IMG/VR virus record: IMGVR_UViG_3300032038_000023
Strand: one strand, 5' to 3'
Source of the DNA: an uncultured virus (IMG/VR IMGVR_UViG_3300032038_000023)
Taxonomy: Duplodnaviria; Heunggongvirae; Uroviricota; Caudoviricetes
Length of the DNA stretch: 56,564 nt
Shown one piece after another: positions 41,452 through 50,309 of this stretch. The notes below the pieces were generated by a model. It did no database searches. It saw nothing but the letters and a program-made list of their open reading frames with translations, and was not told the origin of the DNA. Both the position numbers and the translations under genes were made by a program. Numbering within the stretch: the stretch's first letter is position 1; each line of letters opens with the position of its first letter.

Positions 41452-42494
41452 ACTCTTACTCGTCCTTTCAATAGTTTAAGAAATACTTCTTCACCTTTAT
41501 CAGTTGGTGAATCTTTAGGATCGAGTAATTTTTCTTTATCATAAATAAAGCTGAAGTTACTATAGGCTTGATACTTCTTACATAGATCATAAAGATATTT
41601 GAAGTATTTTTCTTCATGCGGCAGTTCTTCGTTGTCGAAACAAATAACAATCTCACGTGGATGACACGACCGCACTAATATATCAAGTGCATACTTATTT
41701 AGCTTATTACCGCACACGGCGGCCGCGCAATTGGGTATAGAAAATGAGTCCATTTGAAGGACTGACTTTTCAGCTTCAAATAGGTATGCAATTCCAAGTT
41801 GTTTTATGTTTTCTTTGGTTTGATTAAGCCCATAAAGATTAAGGCTTAATGGGTGACTATACCACTTACCTTCGATTTGAACTGGCATATATTTACCCCA
41901 ATTTTCAATATCTTCTTTATTAAGCGCGCGGCCTCGTATTCCGATAAGCCGGCCGCCAATATCGTAGTGTGGTATAATTATTTTATTTTGAGATGGAGAA
42001 AAACGGATTCCGAATTTATCCATTGCGGCTGGAGTAATTCTATCTTTAATCCACTCTATTGGGTAATACTTTATGAATGCTTCCATTATTTGATCTGGAT
42101 ATGATGGAAGTTCTTTTCTTTCTTTATGGTTTACATAGTTATCTTTAACTGAACGATATGAGTCTACGCTTTGTCTTTCTTCGCTGAAGTATGAACAGCC
42201 GCGGATTAATTCATATATATCTGTAAACCAATCGTAGGTAATATCCCTACATTCATAATAATGCTTTAAGAAAGTGAATATGCTCTGACTGCCACACTCT
42301 GTGTAGCAATGGAAGATATGAGTATTCTTATAATAATATAACTTCCACGATGCTTCTTCAACTGTCGCATTATGGCAAACAGTCGGCAAAAGCAAAAAAT
42401 CTCCTTTATCTTGATAAGGTATATCTAACTTATCAAGAAGATTCATTACTTTATTATCATCAAGTTGTTCAACTATATCTTGATACTCAATCAT
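41448..42494 (-). CDS. DNA primase (Zn-binding plus Toprim)
   Basis: CHN..CYTEC, IIIPH, GIRGR, LYGL, FEAEKS and FDNEE. Confidence 0.85.
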   Translation of the reverse strand: MIEYQDIVEQLDDNKVMNLLDKLDIPYQDKGDFLLLPTVCHNATVEEASWKLYYYKNTHIFHCYTECGSQSIFTFLKHYYECRDITYDWFTDIYELIRGCSYFSEERQSVDSYRSVKDNYVNHKERKELPSYPDQIMEAFIKYYPIEWIKDRITPAAMDKFGIRFSPSQNKIIIPHYDIGGRLIGIRGRALNKEDIENWGKYMPVQIEGKWYSHPLSLNLYGLNQTKENIKQLGIAYLFEAEKSVLQMDSFSIPNCAAAVCGNKLNKYALDILVRSCHPREIVICFDNEELPHEEKYFKYLYDLCKKYQAYSNFSFIYDKEKLLDPKDSPTDKGEEVFLKLLKGRVRV

Positions 42495-44032
42495 TTCATT
42501 TCATTCACTTTCTTTATTACTTCATCAAAATCGGTGCCTTCCCAATCAATCTCATATACAAAATGCTTCTCATAATCCTTTATAAGTTCAAGGCGCGCAT
42601 CTGTCATAAACAAATCTCTCTTTCTTAAATTTCCAAGATCAACTTGACTCCAAATACGAACTTGCGTCCATTCACCACTTCTTACTTTATATATATCAGT
42701 CACAATTGTTGGCATTTCAAGCCCAGCACTTGCAAAGAAATCGAGTTCTTCACGAGTCGGCCGCGCCATTACCATACCAATATCTGCTTTATTAATAACA
42801 GCACGAGACCCAGCGATTGAACTTTCATTTCGGATCGTCTGGTTTGAATCTGCATTCGCGTTAACTTGTGTTGAAGTAAAGACACAGATATTTAACTCAA
42901 CTGCAATTTCTTTCAGTGCAGTAGAGAACATTAATAAGATTTCATCGTTTCTCAGAGTTACACCTTTAAATTCAGTCAATAAGCTTGGGCAAATAAAGAT
43001 GTAATCAAAGAATACATATTCAATTCCATGAAGCGCAACTTGTTCGCGTACTAAGTTCTTTACCAAGTCGATGCGCGGCGCTGGCATCTGAACAATATAA
43101 AAGTTCTCCTTATACTGTTCCATTATATATACGGCCTGCCGCAGTATACGGTTTTCTTTTTCTGTAAAGTTACCATAACGGAACTTAGATTCATTAAACC
43201 CAGTCAGATACGCAAGTATCATCTTCTGAATTTCTGGAATTGTTTGCTCTGTCGCTATAAACATTACTTTGCGGCCTGACCCAATTTGTATCCATTGTTC
43301 CTTATAAGGATCATATCTTGTTGGATACGCAACTATGCATGCATCTCCAACGGCTTGACGAGTTTTACCAGTACCACTTCCCGCACTTCTAATAATTAAA
43401 GTACCAAGTCTTGCACCAGATATAACTTCATTTAAAATCTCACCTTGAACTGGAATACCAATATCACTTTTTTCAGCAGCCGCGTCAATAATATCTAAAA
43501 TGTTCGTAAACGCACTCTCAGTCTGAGTCATTTCATTTTGAGTAAATTTATTCTCAAGTTCCAGAATCTTTTTCTTTACAGAAGTAAGAATATCATCTAT
43601 CTCTAAACGCTCAAACTCTTTATTTACTTCAAGTGCTTTGGGATTTGTTATATCTTCAATATAGAAGTCACTAATATCAATTCCACTATCTTTGAGTCGT
43701 GTCAATAAATTAAACTTCTTTAATCGTTTATAATAATACTCAAAGTTCTGTGGTTCTGATAAATACTCTGCGTCTTGAAGATACTCAATCCCATTTTGCT
43801 GTTTGAAGATTACTGCGGCCGTTCCATTTGACTGAAGATAATTCTCCACATCAATCGGCTGAATACGCATTGCACCATTACGATACAAGTTCTCAATCGC
43901 CGCGAAGATATACTTATCTAACTTATAATAAAAATCATCAAGCCCTAAAGTATATCTATCTACTTCACTTAAAAACTTCGGGTTCTGCATCAAGGAGCCA
44001 AAGATCTGCATGACGCTTGATTTATCAACCAT
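42491..44032 (-). CDS. DnaB-like replicative helicase
   Basis: Walker A AGSGTGKT, IATE, FFDYI, STQVN and KVRSG. Confidence 0.85.
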   Translation of the reverse strand: MVDKSSVMQIFGSLMQNPKFLSEVDRYTLGLDDFYYKLDKYIFAAIENLYRNGAMRIQPIDVENYLQSNGTAAVIFKQQNGIEYLQDAEYLSEPQNFEYYYKRLKKFNLLTRLKDSGIDISDFYIEDITNPKALEVNKEFERLEIDDILTSVKKKILELENKFTQNEMTQTESAFTNILDIIDAAAEKSDIGIPVQGEILNEVISGARLGTLIIRSAGSGTGKTRQAVGDACIVAYPTRYDPYKEQWIQIGSGRKVMFIATEQTIPEIQKMILAYLTGFNESKFRYGNFTEKENRILRQAVYIMEQYKENFYIVQMPAPRIDLVKNLVREQVALHGIEYVFFDYIFICPSLLTEFKGVTLRNDEILLMFSTALKEIAVELNICVFTSTQVNANADSNQTIRNESSIAGSRAVINKADIGMVMARPTREELDFFASAGLEMPTIVTDIYKVRSGEWTQVRIWSQVDLGNLRKRDLFMTDARLELIKDYEKHFVYEIDWEGTDFDEVIKKVNEMK

Positions 44033-44035
44033 TAT

Positions 44036-44548
44036 TTAGCCCCCTATATCATCCAAATTATACTTATCTCTTGTTTTCTCTTTACGAGTAATCTTAATAA
44101 CCGAACGCTCTTTTGATTGCGCTTCGAGTTCCTTTAAGAAGCCACGCTTCTTTCGTTCTTGTTCAATCCAATATTGTTTTGCATCATCAAAAACCCATGG
44201 CACTATGCCAAGGCCGCCGTGTCCCTTTTCCCATGAGTTATGCTTTACTTCATAAAAATATTTTAATGTAAAGTAAATTCCTTTAGGGTTAATCTTATTA
44301 TCTTTCCAAAACTTTTCAATCTGTGCTTTACACAAATGATAGTTATACTTAACCTTCATATCTCTCGCAAGAAAATCAAAGATCATTGAAACCCATTCTT
44401 CATCGGTCGCTGGCGCGGCTTTCCATGTGTCATAACAAGTTTTGTGGAAGTACCATCCCCTTGATGGTTGTATCCAATCAATACCTTCTGTTTCTGGTTT
44501 CTTATCAATCGGATAATGGCAAATTCTACATTCTGGCATAATTTCCAC
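44036..44548 (-). CDS. Hypothetical Zn-finger protein upstream of the helicase
   Basis: CRIC and HKTC. First gene after a promoter; a loader role is only inferred. Confidence 0.6.
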   Translation of the reverse strand: MEIMPECRICHYPIDKKPETEGIDWIQPSRGWYFHKTCYDTWKAAPATDEEWVSMIFDFLARDMKVKYNYHLCKAQIEKFWKDNKINPKGIYFTLKYFYEVKHNSWEKGHGGLGIVPWVFDDAKQYWIEQERKKRGFLKELEAQSKERSVIKITRKEKTRDKYNLDDIGG

Positions 44549-44571
44549 CTTTCGATACTTTTTCTATAATA

Positions 44572-44600
44572 ATTATACCATAAATTCTGCTTTTTGTCAA
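44572..44600 (-). promoter_or_regulatory. Sigma-A-type promoter, perfect consensus
   Basis: TTGACA-17-TATAAT with TG extension. Confidence 0.85.
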
Positions 44601-44605
44601 ATTCA

Positions 44606-44636
44606 AAAGGCATAGGTAAACTATACCTATGCCTTT
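44606..44636 (-). terminator. Intrinsic terminator after the ATPase gene
   Basis: AAAGGCATAGGT / ACCTATGCCTTT 12-bp stem. Confidence 0.7.
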
Positions 44637-44652
44637 AACAATATTATAGAGT

Positions 44653-45624
44653 TTACAGCATCGCTTTCATATCAAGAACAACGAGTGCAAGCAAATCTTT
44701 CTGATCTTCTGTAAACTCACTGAGTTTCATGCGATGTCCCATTGTCATCTCAATCTTCTTCAAAATCTCACTTGCTACATCGGGATTCGCATTCTCTCCG
44801 CTTCCCACCAGCTTTGTCCAAAGTTCTTGTGCTTCAGCGCGAATTTCAGCAAAAGTCTTTTCAGTCTGGTGCTCAGCCTTCATGGTGTCTACAACAGTAG
44901 CGCCATCCTTCTTTTCTTCCATATCAATAGCATCGGCAATTGCATTTACCAGTTCTTCGTATCCGAAAGGGATACGGTCTGGCATATATTTGAATCGACT
45001 TCCCGCAAACAAAGTCGGAGTTTCACGTGTATAAAGCCAACGCTTTCTCTCTCCATTAACCCATTCATTTCCAATATAGCCGATAATATCAACGATCCCA
45101 TTACACACTTCGCTAGCCCGCTTCGGCAGATCAGGTGAGATAATTTCGATGTCACTACCTTCCGCGGTTTTCTCTACACGAGACGCGCTATGAGCGATTA
45201 ATACGACACCATATCCAAGCTGGGTGATTTTGCGGATAGAAGTCTCGAACTCCTTTTTACACGCTGTATATCCAGCGCCCCAAGGAATATCAGAGATCTT
45301 CTGAACACCATTCTGTTGGCAAATAAACTTTTCGCACATTTCCCAACAGATAGATACAGTATCAATTATTACTGTCTTGAAACGCTCTTTAGAACGCTGG
45401 TCTTCGAGATCACGGAGTGCCATTTTAAAGTCACTCCATTTATTAATATCGAATGGATATGCATTACCAATTGCATTGTAACCTTTCTCAAATGCGAGAA
45501 GAACCGCATCTGGGAAACTACAAGCCGCAGTTGTCTTTCCAGACTTGGGCTTTCCGTACAGAAGTACGTACTTGCCCTTCAGATCTCTGGAAATCACATT
45601 CTTTTCTACTTCCCAAAGGTGCAT
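44653..45624 (-). CDS. Sak4-like (AAA_24) recombination ATPase
   Basis: LYGKPKSGKTT, VIIDT, LIAH and VDIIGY; adjacent to the SSB-like gene. Confidence 0.8.
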   Translation of the reverse strand: MHLWEVEKNVISRDLKGKYVLLYGKPKSGKTTAACSFPDAVLLAFEKGYNAIGNAYPFDINKWSDFKMALRDLEDQRSKERFKTVIIDTVSICWEMCEKFICQQNGVQKISDIPWGAGYTACKKEFETSIRKITQLGYGVVLIAHSASRVEKTAEGSDIEIISPDLPKRASEVCNGIVDIIGYIGNEWVNGERKRWLYTRETPTLFAGSRFKYMPDRIPFGYEELVNAIADAIDMEEKKDGATVVDTMKAEHQTEKTFAEIRAEAQELWTKLVGSGENANPDVASEILKKIEMTMGHRMKLSEFTEDQKDLLALVVLDMKAML

Positions 45625-45635
45625 ACGCTACCTCC

Positions 45636-46547
45636 TTAGAAGCCGAGATCAAATTCCTGCTTGGAACTAGTCGGCGCGGGAGTGGCGTGCGGCTTCTCCT
45701 TAGTCTTATCTTTAAGAGTCTCCAGATATGCCTTGTGCTCCTTAAGAGCTTCCGCCAGATCCGCAGGCGCGAAAGCCATATCATCTTCCATCGGAGACTG
45801 AGTACCCTTAGTGACAATCAGCTCACTGACACTAACGGTCTGAACACGAACTTCGGGTTCACCAAAGTCCATCTCTTCAATAATTTCACGAGTCGTACTA
45901 GTGAAGTTCAGACGACCTTTTGCACTATAAGTCTTCTGGTTCTCCCAATAAGACGTAATTGCATCAATAACTTTCGGGTTGGTTGCGAAGAACTCCATCG
46001 TATCAACCTTGCCGCCATACTGCGGAACGATCGCCTTAATACGAAGCTTCTTCGGTTCCACTTCAACACCATCAGCATCAGTCACGAAGTCCATCGAAGA
46101 CACCGCAAACTCCAGACTCCACGAAGCTTCGGGACGGAACTCACCAGTCGCCTTCTGGACAAACGACGCATTAACACGCGGGAACGATACAAGCTGACCC
46201 TGCTGATTCCAATACTCATTCATACGAATGGTCGCACCAGTAATACGCACCTTATCTGCACCAGCTTCACCAGCACCAGACGCGATAGACGTATACTCCG
46301 TCATGACCTTTTCGATCGACTCAAATGCGGGATTCAGTTTACCAGCATTGGTAAGCTTCGGAGAGAACATATAAACGGGGATCTCCAGAGTCTGCTCTTC
46401 TCCATTAACGGTCTGATGAACCAGAACCTTAATATCGCCGCCGATTGCTTCAACGGTTGCGCCATTCTTCATATAGGACTTGTACGCGAGATTAATCTCG
46501 GAAAGGATTCCTTCGATACGAACACGATTTTCTGCTTGTCTCAACAT
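45636..46547 (-). CDS. Probable phage single-stranded DNA-binding protein
   Basis: NRVRIEGILSE OB-like start, C-terminal tip EFDLGF, high-expression codons, next to the Sak4-like gene. Confidence 0.65.
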   Translation of the reverse strand: MLRQAENRVRIEGILSEINLAYKSYMKNGATVEAIGGDIKVLVHQTVNGEEQTLEIPVYMFSPKLTNAGKLNPAFESIEKVMTEYTSIASGAGEAGADKVRITGATIRMNEYWNQQGQLVSFPRVNASFVQKATGEFRPEASWSLEFAVSSMDFVTDADGVEVEPKKLRIKAIVPQYGGKVDTMEFFATNPKVIDAITSYWENQKTYSAKGRLNFTSTTREIIEEMDFGEPEVRVQTVSVSELIVTKGTQSPMEDDMAFAPADLAEALKEHKAYLETLKDKTKEKPHATPAPTSSKQEFDLGF

Positions 46548-46596
46548 TTCTTTTTCTCCAGTTTCTTTTAATAGTTTTTTAATAAGTTTCTTTCGG

Positions 46597-46622
46597 AAAA
46601 AGTGGGAGCAAAATTGCTCCCA
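46597..46622 (-). terminator. Intrinsic terminator
   Basis: TGGGAGCAA-AA-TTGCTCCCA stem with a U-tract on the - strand. Confidence 0.65.
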
Positions 46623-46629
46623 TTAATTC

Positions 46630-46887
46630 TTACTCTTCGTCTTCGGACTGAACAAAGTTCATGCCGGCGTCAGTCAGCTGAACATAGGTCAGGGGCTTAT
46701 CTTCGCCTTCAACAGCGACCTTCTCACGATAAGCCAGCTCGTTCTTCACGAGGGAGTTCACACGACCAGTAATGGAAGCGATCTTCTCGCAACCGAGAGC
46801 AACACGCATCTCTTCCGTGGTGGCGCGACCGCCGTGGTTCTGCAGGTAATCAAGTGCTTCAAAAGTCTTCTCAGTAAGTTTTGCCAT
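46630..46887 (-). CDS. Small winged-helix DNA-binding protein, 85 aa
   Basis: SITGRVNSLVKNELAYR..YVQLTDAG wHTH pattern, own promoter, high-expression codons. Confidence 0.65.
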   Translation of the reverse strand: MAKLTEKTFEALDYLQNHGGRATTEEMRVALGCEKIASITGRVNSLVKNELAYREKVAVEGEDKPLTYVQLTDAGMNFVQSEDEE

Positions 46888-46960
46888 TTTTAATTTCTCC
46901 TATTAATAAAAAATATTGTTTAATTTATCTAAGGTTTTTCTTTCTCAACCTTATGTATAT

Positions 46961-46989
46961 ATTATATCATTAATTTTGCTATTTTTCAA
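46961..46989 (-). promoter_or_regulatory. Sigma-A-type promoter
   Basis: TTGAAA-17-TATAAT with TG extension. Confidence 0.75.
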
Positions 46990-46991
46990 AT

Positions 46992-49331
46992 TTACAGTGA
47001 CGAAATTCCAATTACTTTATTATTTGTGAGTTTTATAAGTTTCGTGCCTTGAGTACCGCGCGAAAGAGTAGGAATTTCATTTGATTTAATGCGGATTTGC
47101 GTTGTGTTGGAGTTAATAAGAATGTCGGATGCAGATATAACTGGAATGAAATCGCTCATAGAATCAGATTTCTGGATCTTTACGCCTTTAGTATTTGTGC
47201 CAGTGATATTAAACTCTGAGATTGCGGTTGACTTACCATAACCATCTGTAGAGATACTAAAGAGATGAGTTGTGTTTTTCGGTATGGCTCGCGCGCTGAC
47301 GACATAGTCACCACTATTTAATTTAATACCGATGATACCACGGGTTACACGACCAATAGGTTTAATTGATGCGGTTGTTACCATTATAAACTGGCCGGAT
47401 TTAGACATAATACCAAGGCGATCATCTTCCATAATAAGGATTGAAACAATTTCATCAGCAGAATCGAGTTTGATTGCTTGCGCGCCAACGTTACGCTTCA
47501 TATTATATTCGCTGAGTCGGCTCTTTTTAATAAGACCATTGCGTGTTACAAAGACAATAAACTTTGCGGCGTTTTTAGGATTCAATGATACAGCCGCCGT
47601 AAGCGTTTCAGTATCTCCAATAGAGAAGTAATTAGATAGATACTGTTTTTCACCCACTGTAAAGTCACCCATCTTTAGATGGTAGTAATTGCCTTTATTA
47701 GTAAAGAAGAGAATCGTTTCTGTATTCTCGCCTACTATATTATCTACCAAAATTTCATCTTTTTCAAGTTTGAATTTTTGGCCTACGCCATTACGCCGCT
47801 GAGAATAAAGTGAAGAAGTTTCTGTGACGAATACTGCACCCTTATTTGTAAAGGAGAGTGAGAGTTGCTTCTTTTCGGTTGGTTCATCAGATTCATGTTC
47901 GATATTACGGATCTGAGTGCGGCGGGCGTCTCCGAATTTCTCTGATGTAGTATGCCATCCTTTAATGAGTTCTTTATTAAAGAGTTCTTCATCATTAAGA
48001 ATCGCGCGAAGGCGTTCTGCTTCGGTGGTGAGTTTTTCTTTTTCATCTTCAAGTTTCTTTACTTCGAGATTTGCAAGCCGTGAAAGCTTCATATCGAGGA
48101 CTGCTTTAGCTTGTTCGGCATCCAAAAGGAAGCGTTTCTGTAGTTCAGATGAAGCGGCCGCCGTATTTGTAGAAGACTTGATGACTTTAATGACTTCTTC
48201 TATATTTGCAATACAGATTAAAAGTCCTTCAAGTATATGGATTCTTTTCTCTATCTTCGCAAGATCAAATTCAAAGCCGCGTCGATAGACAACTTTTTCG
48301 TGGCCAATATGATTTTGAAGCGCGGCCTTCCAGCCAAATACTTTCGGAAAGCGTCCGTTCTCAAGCATCGTCATATTGATGCCGAAGTATGATTGAAGCG
48401 AAGTATTCTTGTAAAGGTATTTGAGAACTCTATCGGGATTTGCACGCTTTGTAAGATAGATTTTGATAAGCGGGCCAGTATTCGTAAGGTCGATGAATCG
48501 CTCGATCCCTGGGTTATTCAATTCATCATTTAAAATTTCTTCAAGCTCGCCGCAGATCGTGTTCGTATAAACCGCATAAGGAATCTCGGTTACTACAAAG
48601 CATCTGTCCTTTTGATCCCATTCAACTACACTTCTAAGCTTACATGCCGCACCTTGGCCAGTTTTAAGAGCAGCTTTTACTTCTTCTTCATTCAGAAGAA
48701 TCGCGCCCGTAGCAAAGTCTGGCAAACAACAAATTTCATCAAAAGTTGCATTTGGATTAAGCAGTAAAGTCTCAAGTGCTTCATTCACTTCTTTAAGGTT
48801 GAACTGAGGTATAGAACTCGCAGCACCTACTCCGATTCCTTGCGTTCCATTTACGATATTATAGAACCCTTTAGATGGAAGTACAGAAGGATATTGTTCT
48901 GTGTCATCGTAATTATCACGCCATTCTTTAATTGTTTCTTTATCTATATCTTCGAAGAGTCGTACTGAGAACTCACTCAAGCGCGAAGCCGTATAACGAG
49001 GCGCCGCCCAGTTACCAGATGAGATCAAATTACCGGCGTTACCTTCAACTTCAATTAAAGGATAACGCATTGCAAAGTTCTGACCAGCACGCATAATAAC
49101 ACCTTCACAAGATGAATCGCCATGAATATACATACGTGCGGCCGAGCCAATCGCCTTCAGAGTCTTCTTAAAGGGTTTAGAAGGAAGAAACTTATCTGTA
49201 TAAAGACAATAAAAGATCTGGCGCGCCGATGGTTTCAGACAATCACGCACGTCTACAAGCGCGCGAGACTGAAGAACAGCACCTGCGTACTGGGTAAAGC
49301 CTTCAGATATAACATCTTTTAAATTACTCAT
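46992..49331 (-). CDS. gyrA: Type IIA topoisomerase subunit A (GyrA/ParC family) with C-terminal pinwheel repeats
   Basis: DCLKPSAR, HGDSS, AAPRYT catalytic Tyr, PDFATG, TEIPY and repeated CTD blades. Gyrase versus topo IV is not resolved. Confidence 0.85.
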   Translation of the reverse strand: MSNLKDVISEGFTQYAGAVLQSRALVDVRDCLKPSARQIFYCLYTDKFLPSKPFKKTLKAIGSAARMYIHGDSSCEGVIMRAGQNFAMRYPLIEVEGNAGNLISSGNWAAPRYTASRLSEFSVRLFEDIDKETIKEWRDNYDDTEQYPSVLPSKGFYNIVNGTQGIGVGAASSIPQFNLKEVNEALETLLLNPNATFDEICCLPDFATGAILLNEEEVKAALKTGQGAACKLRSVVEWDQKDRCFVVTEIPYAVYTNTICGELEEILNDELNNPGIERFIDLTNTGPLIKIYLTKRANPDRVLKYLYKNTSLQSYFGINMTMLENGRFPKVFGWKAALQNHIGHEKVVYRRGFEFDLAKIEKRIHILEGLLICIANIEEVIKVIKSSTNTAAASSELQKRFLLDAEQAKAVLDMKLSRLANLEVKKLEDEKEKLTTEAERLRAILNDEELFNKELIKGWHTTSEKFGDARRTQIRNIEHESDEPTEKKQLSLSFTNKGAVFVTETSSLYSQRRNGVGQKFKLEKDEILVDNIVGENTETILFFTNKGNYYHLKMGDFTVGEKQYLSNYFSIGDTETLTAAVSLNPKNAAKFIVFVTRNGLIKKSRLSEYNMKRNVGAQAIKLDSADEIVSILIMEDDRLGIMSKSGQFIMVTTASIKPIGRVTRGIIGIKLNSGDYVVSARAIPKNTTHLFSISTDGYGKSTAISEFNITGTNTKGVKIQKSDSMSDFIPVISASDILINSNTTQIRIKSNEIPTLSRGTQGTKLIKLTNNKVIGISSL

Positions 49332-49359
49332 AACATACTTCCTTTTATTTTATATTTTA

Positions 49360-49388
49360 ATTATACCAGAAAATTAAAGAGAAGTCAA
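49360..49388 (-). promoter_or_regulatory. Sigma-A-type promoter of gyrA
   Basis: TTGACT-17-TATAAT with TG extension. Confidence 0.8.
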
Positions 49389-49389
49389 A

Positions 49390-49554
49390 TTAAGACTTCT
49401 CTTCATAAGGGCAATTATAATGAAAAGGTTCCCATGGTTCAATTTTTATACTTGCACATTCTGGTGTAATTTCTATATTAATTGCAATTTTCTTTTCTAC
49501 TACTGCTTTAATAGATTTATTAAAAATTTCACATAAATAATTATTTATTTCCAT
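49390..49554 (-). CDS. Small hypothetical protein, 54 aa
   Basis: AAGG RBS before ATG 49554 (MEINNYL); very AT-rich. Confidence 0.5.
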   Translation of the reverse strand: MEINNYLCEIFNKSIKAVVEKKIAINIEITPECASIKIEPWEPFHYNCPYEEKS

Positions 49555-49570
49555 TATTTTACCTTCTTTT

Positions 49571-49768
49571 TTATTTATAAATATGAAGCAATGTTCTAAT
49601 TTTTTCTTGACACTCTTCACAGATTTCAATTGGAATACTTGAAGGTGATTGAAACGTCATTACTGTTGTGCCATGTGCCATTGCTTTAGTTTTAACATAC
49701 CCAGGAACAGTATAATGATAAAGAGTTGATGTTTCTTTTTCACAAAGATCACAGAATAATTTTGTCAT
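49571..49768 (-). CDS. Small putative Zn-binding protein, 65 aa
   Basis: CDLCE and CEEC pairs. Confidence 0.6.
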   Translation of the reverse strand: MTKLFCDLCEKETSTLYHYTVPGYVKTKAMAHGTTVMTFQSPSSIPIEICEECQEKIRTLLHIYK

Positions 49769-50040
49769 TTTGTCTACCTAAAGCGTTCATTATTTGCTTT
49801 CGTCCAAGCTTCAAATACTTCTTTTGATGTATAAAATATTGGGTTAAGTGGATTTTCTTTTGATTTTTCCCAGTTTACGAATTTTGGGAAGCCAGTTATC
49901 ATTACAAACTGTCTAACGGTCGGCCGCTGTGTACGTAGCTTTGCGTACTCCATGCAGTCTTCCATATTTGTAAAACTAAAGTCTTTAGAGCGATATTGGT
50001 AATGGATTATATGTCCGTGTTCATCAATTTCAATTTTCAT
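49765..50040 (-). CDS. Hypothetical protein, 91 aa; TAG 49774 read through to TGA 49765
   Basis: Read-through adds QTK and produces an ATGA overlap with the next start. Paralog of 50037-50309. Confidence 0.6.
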
Positions 50041-50309
50041 ATTGATTGTATCGCCTCATCTATTTCTTCATCAGTATAGTAAGTGATTTCATAGTTATTC
50101 GCTTTAGTTGCTTCCCAATTTATATATTGCGGCGTGCCTATTTGGGCAGACACTGTGACAATGCGCGGCGAGCCAGCAATTTTATTTGTTTCAAAGAGTA
50201 TTTTTGCGTACTCTTCGCATTCATTTCTATGCGGGAAGGCTATTAAGATATTACCAACACAATAATATCTAAGACAGCCGTACTAATCTACTTCAAGTTT
50301 AAGTTTCAT
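50037..50309 (-). CDS. Hypothetical protein, 90 aa with TAG at codon 9 (absent from the track)
   Basis: ATGA overlaps at both ends. Reads MKLKLEVD(Q)YGCLRYY...ECEEYAK...GTPQYINWEATKAN. Confidence 0.65.
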
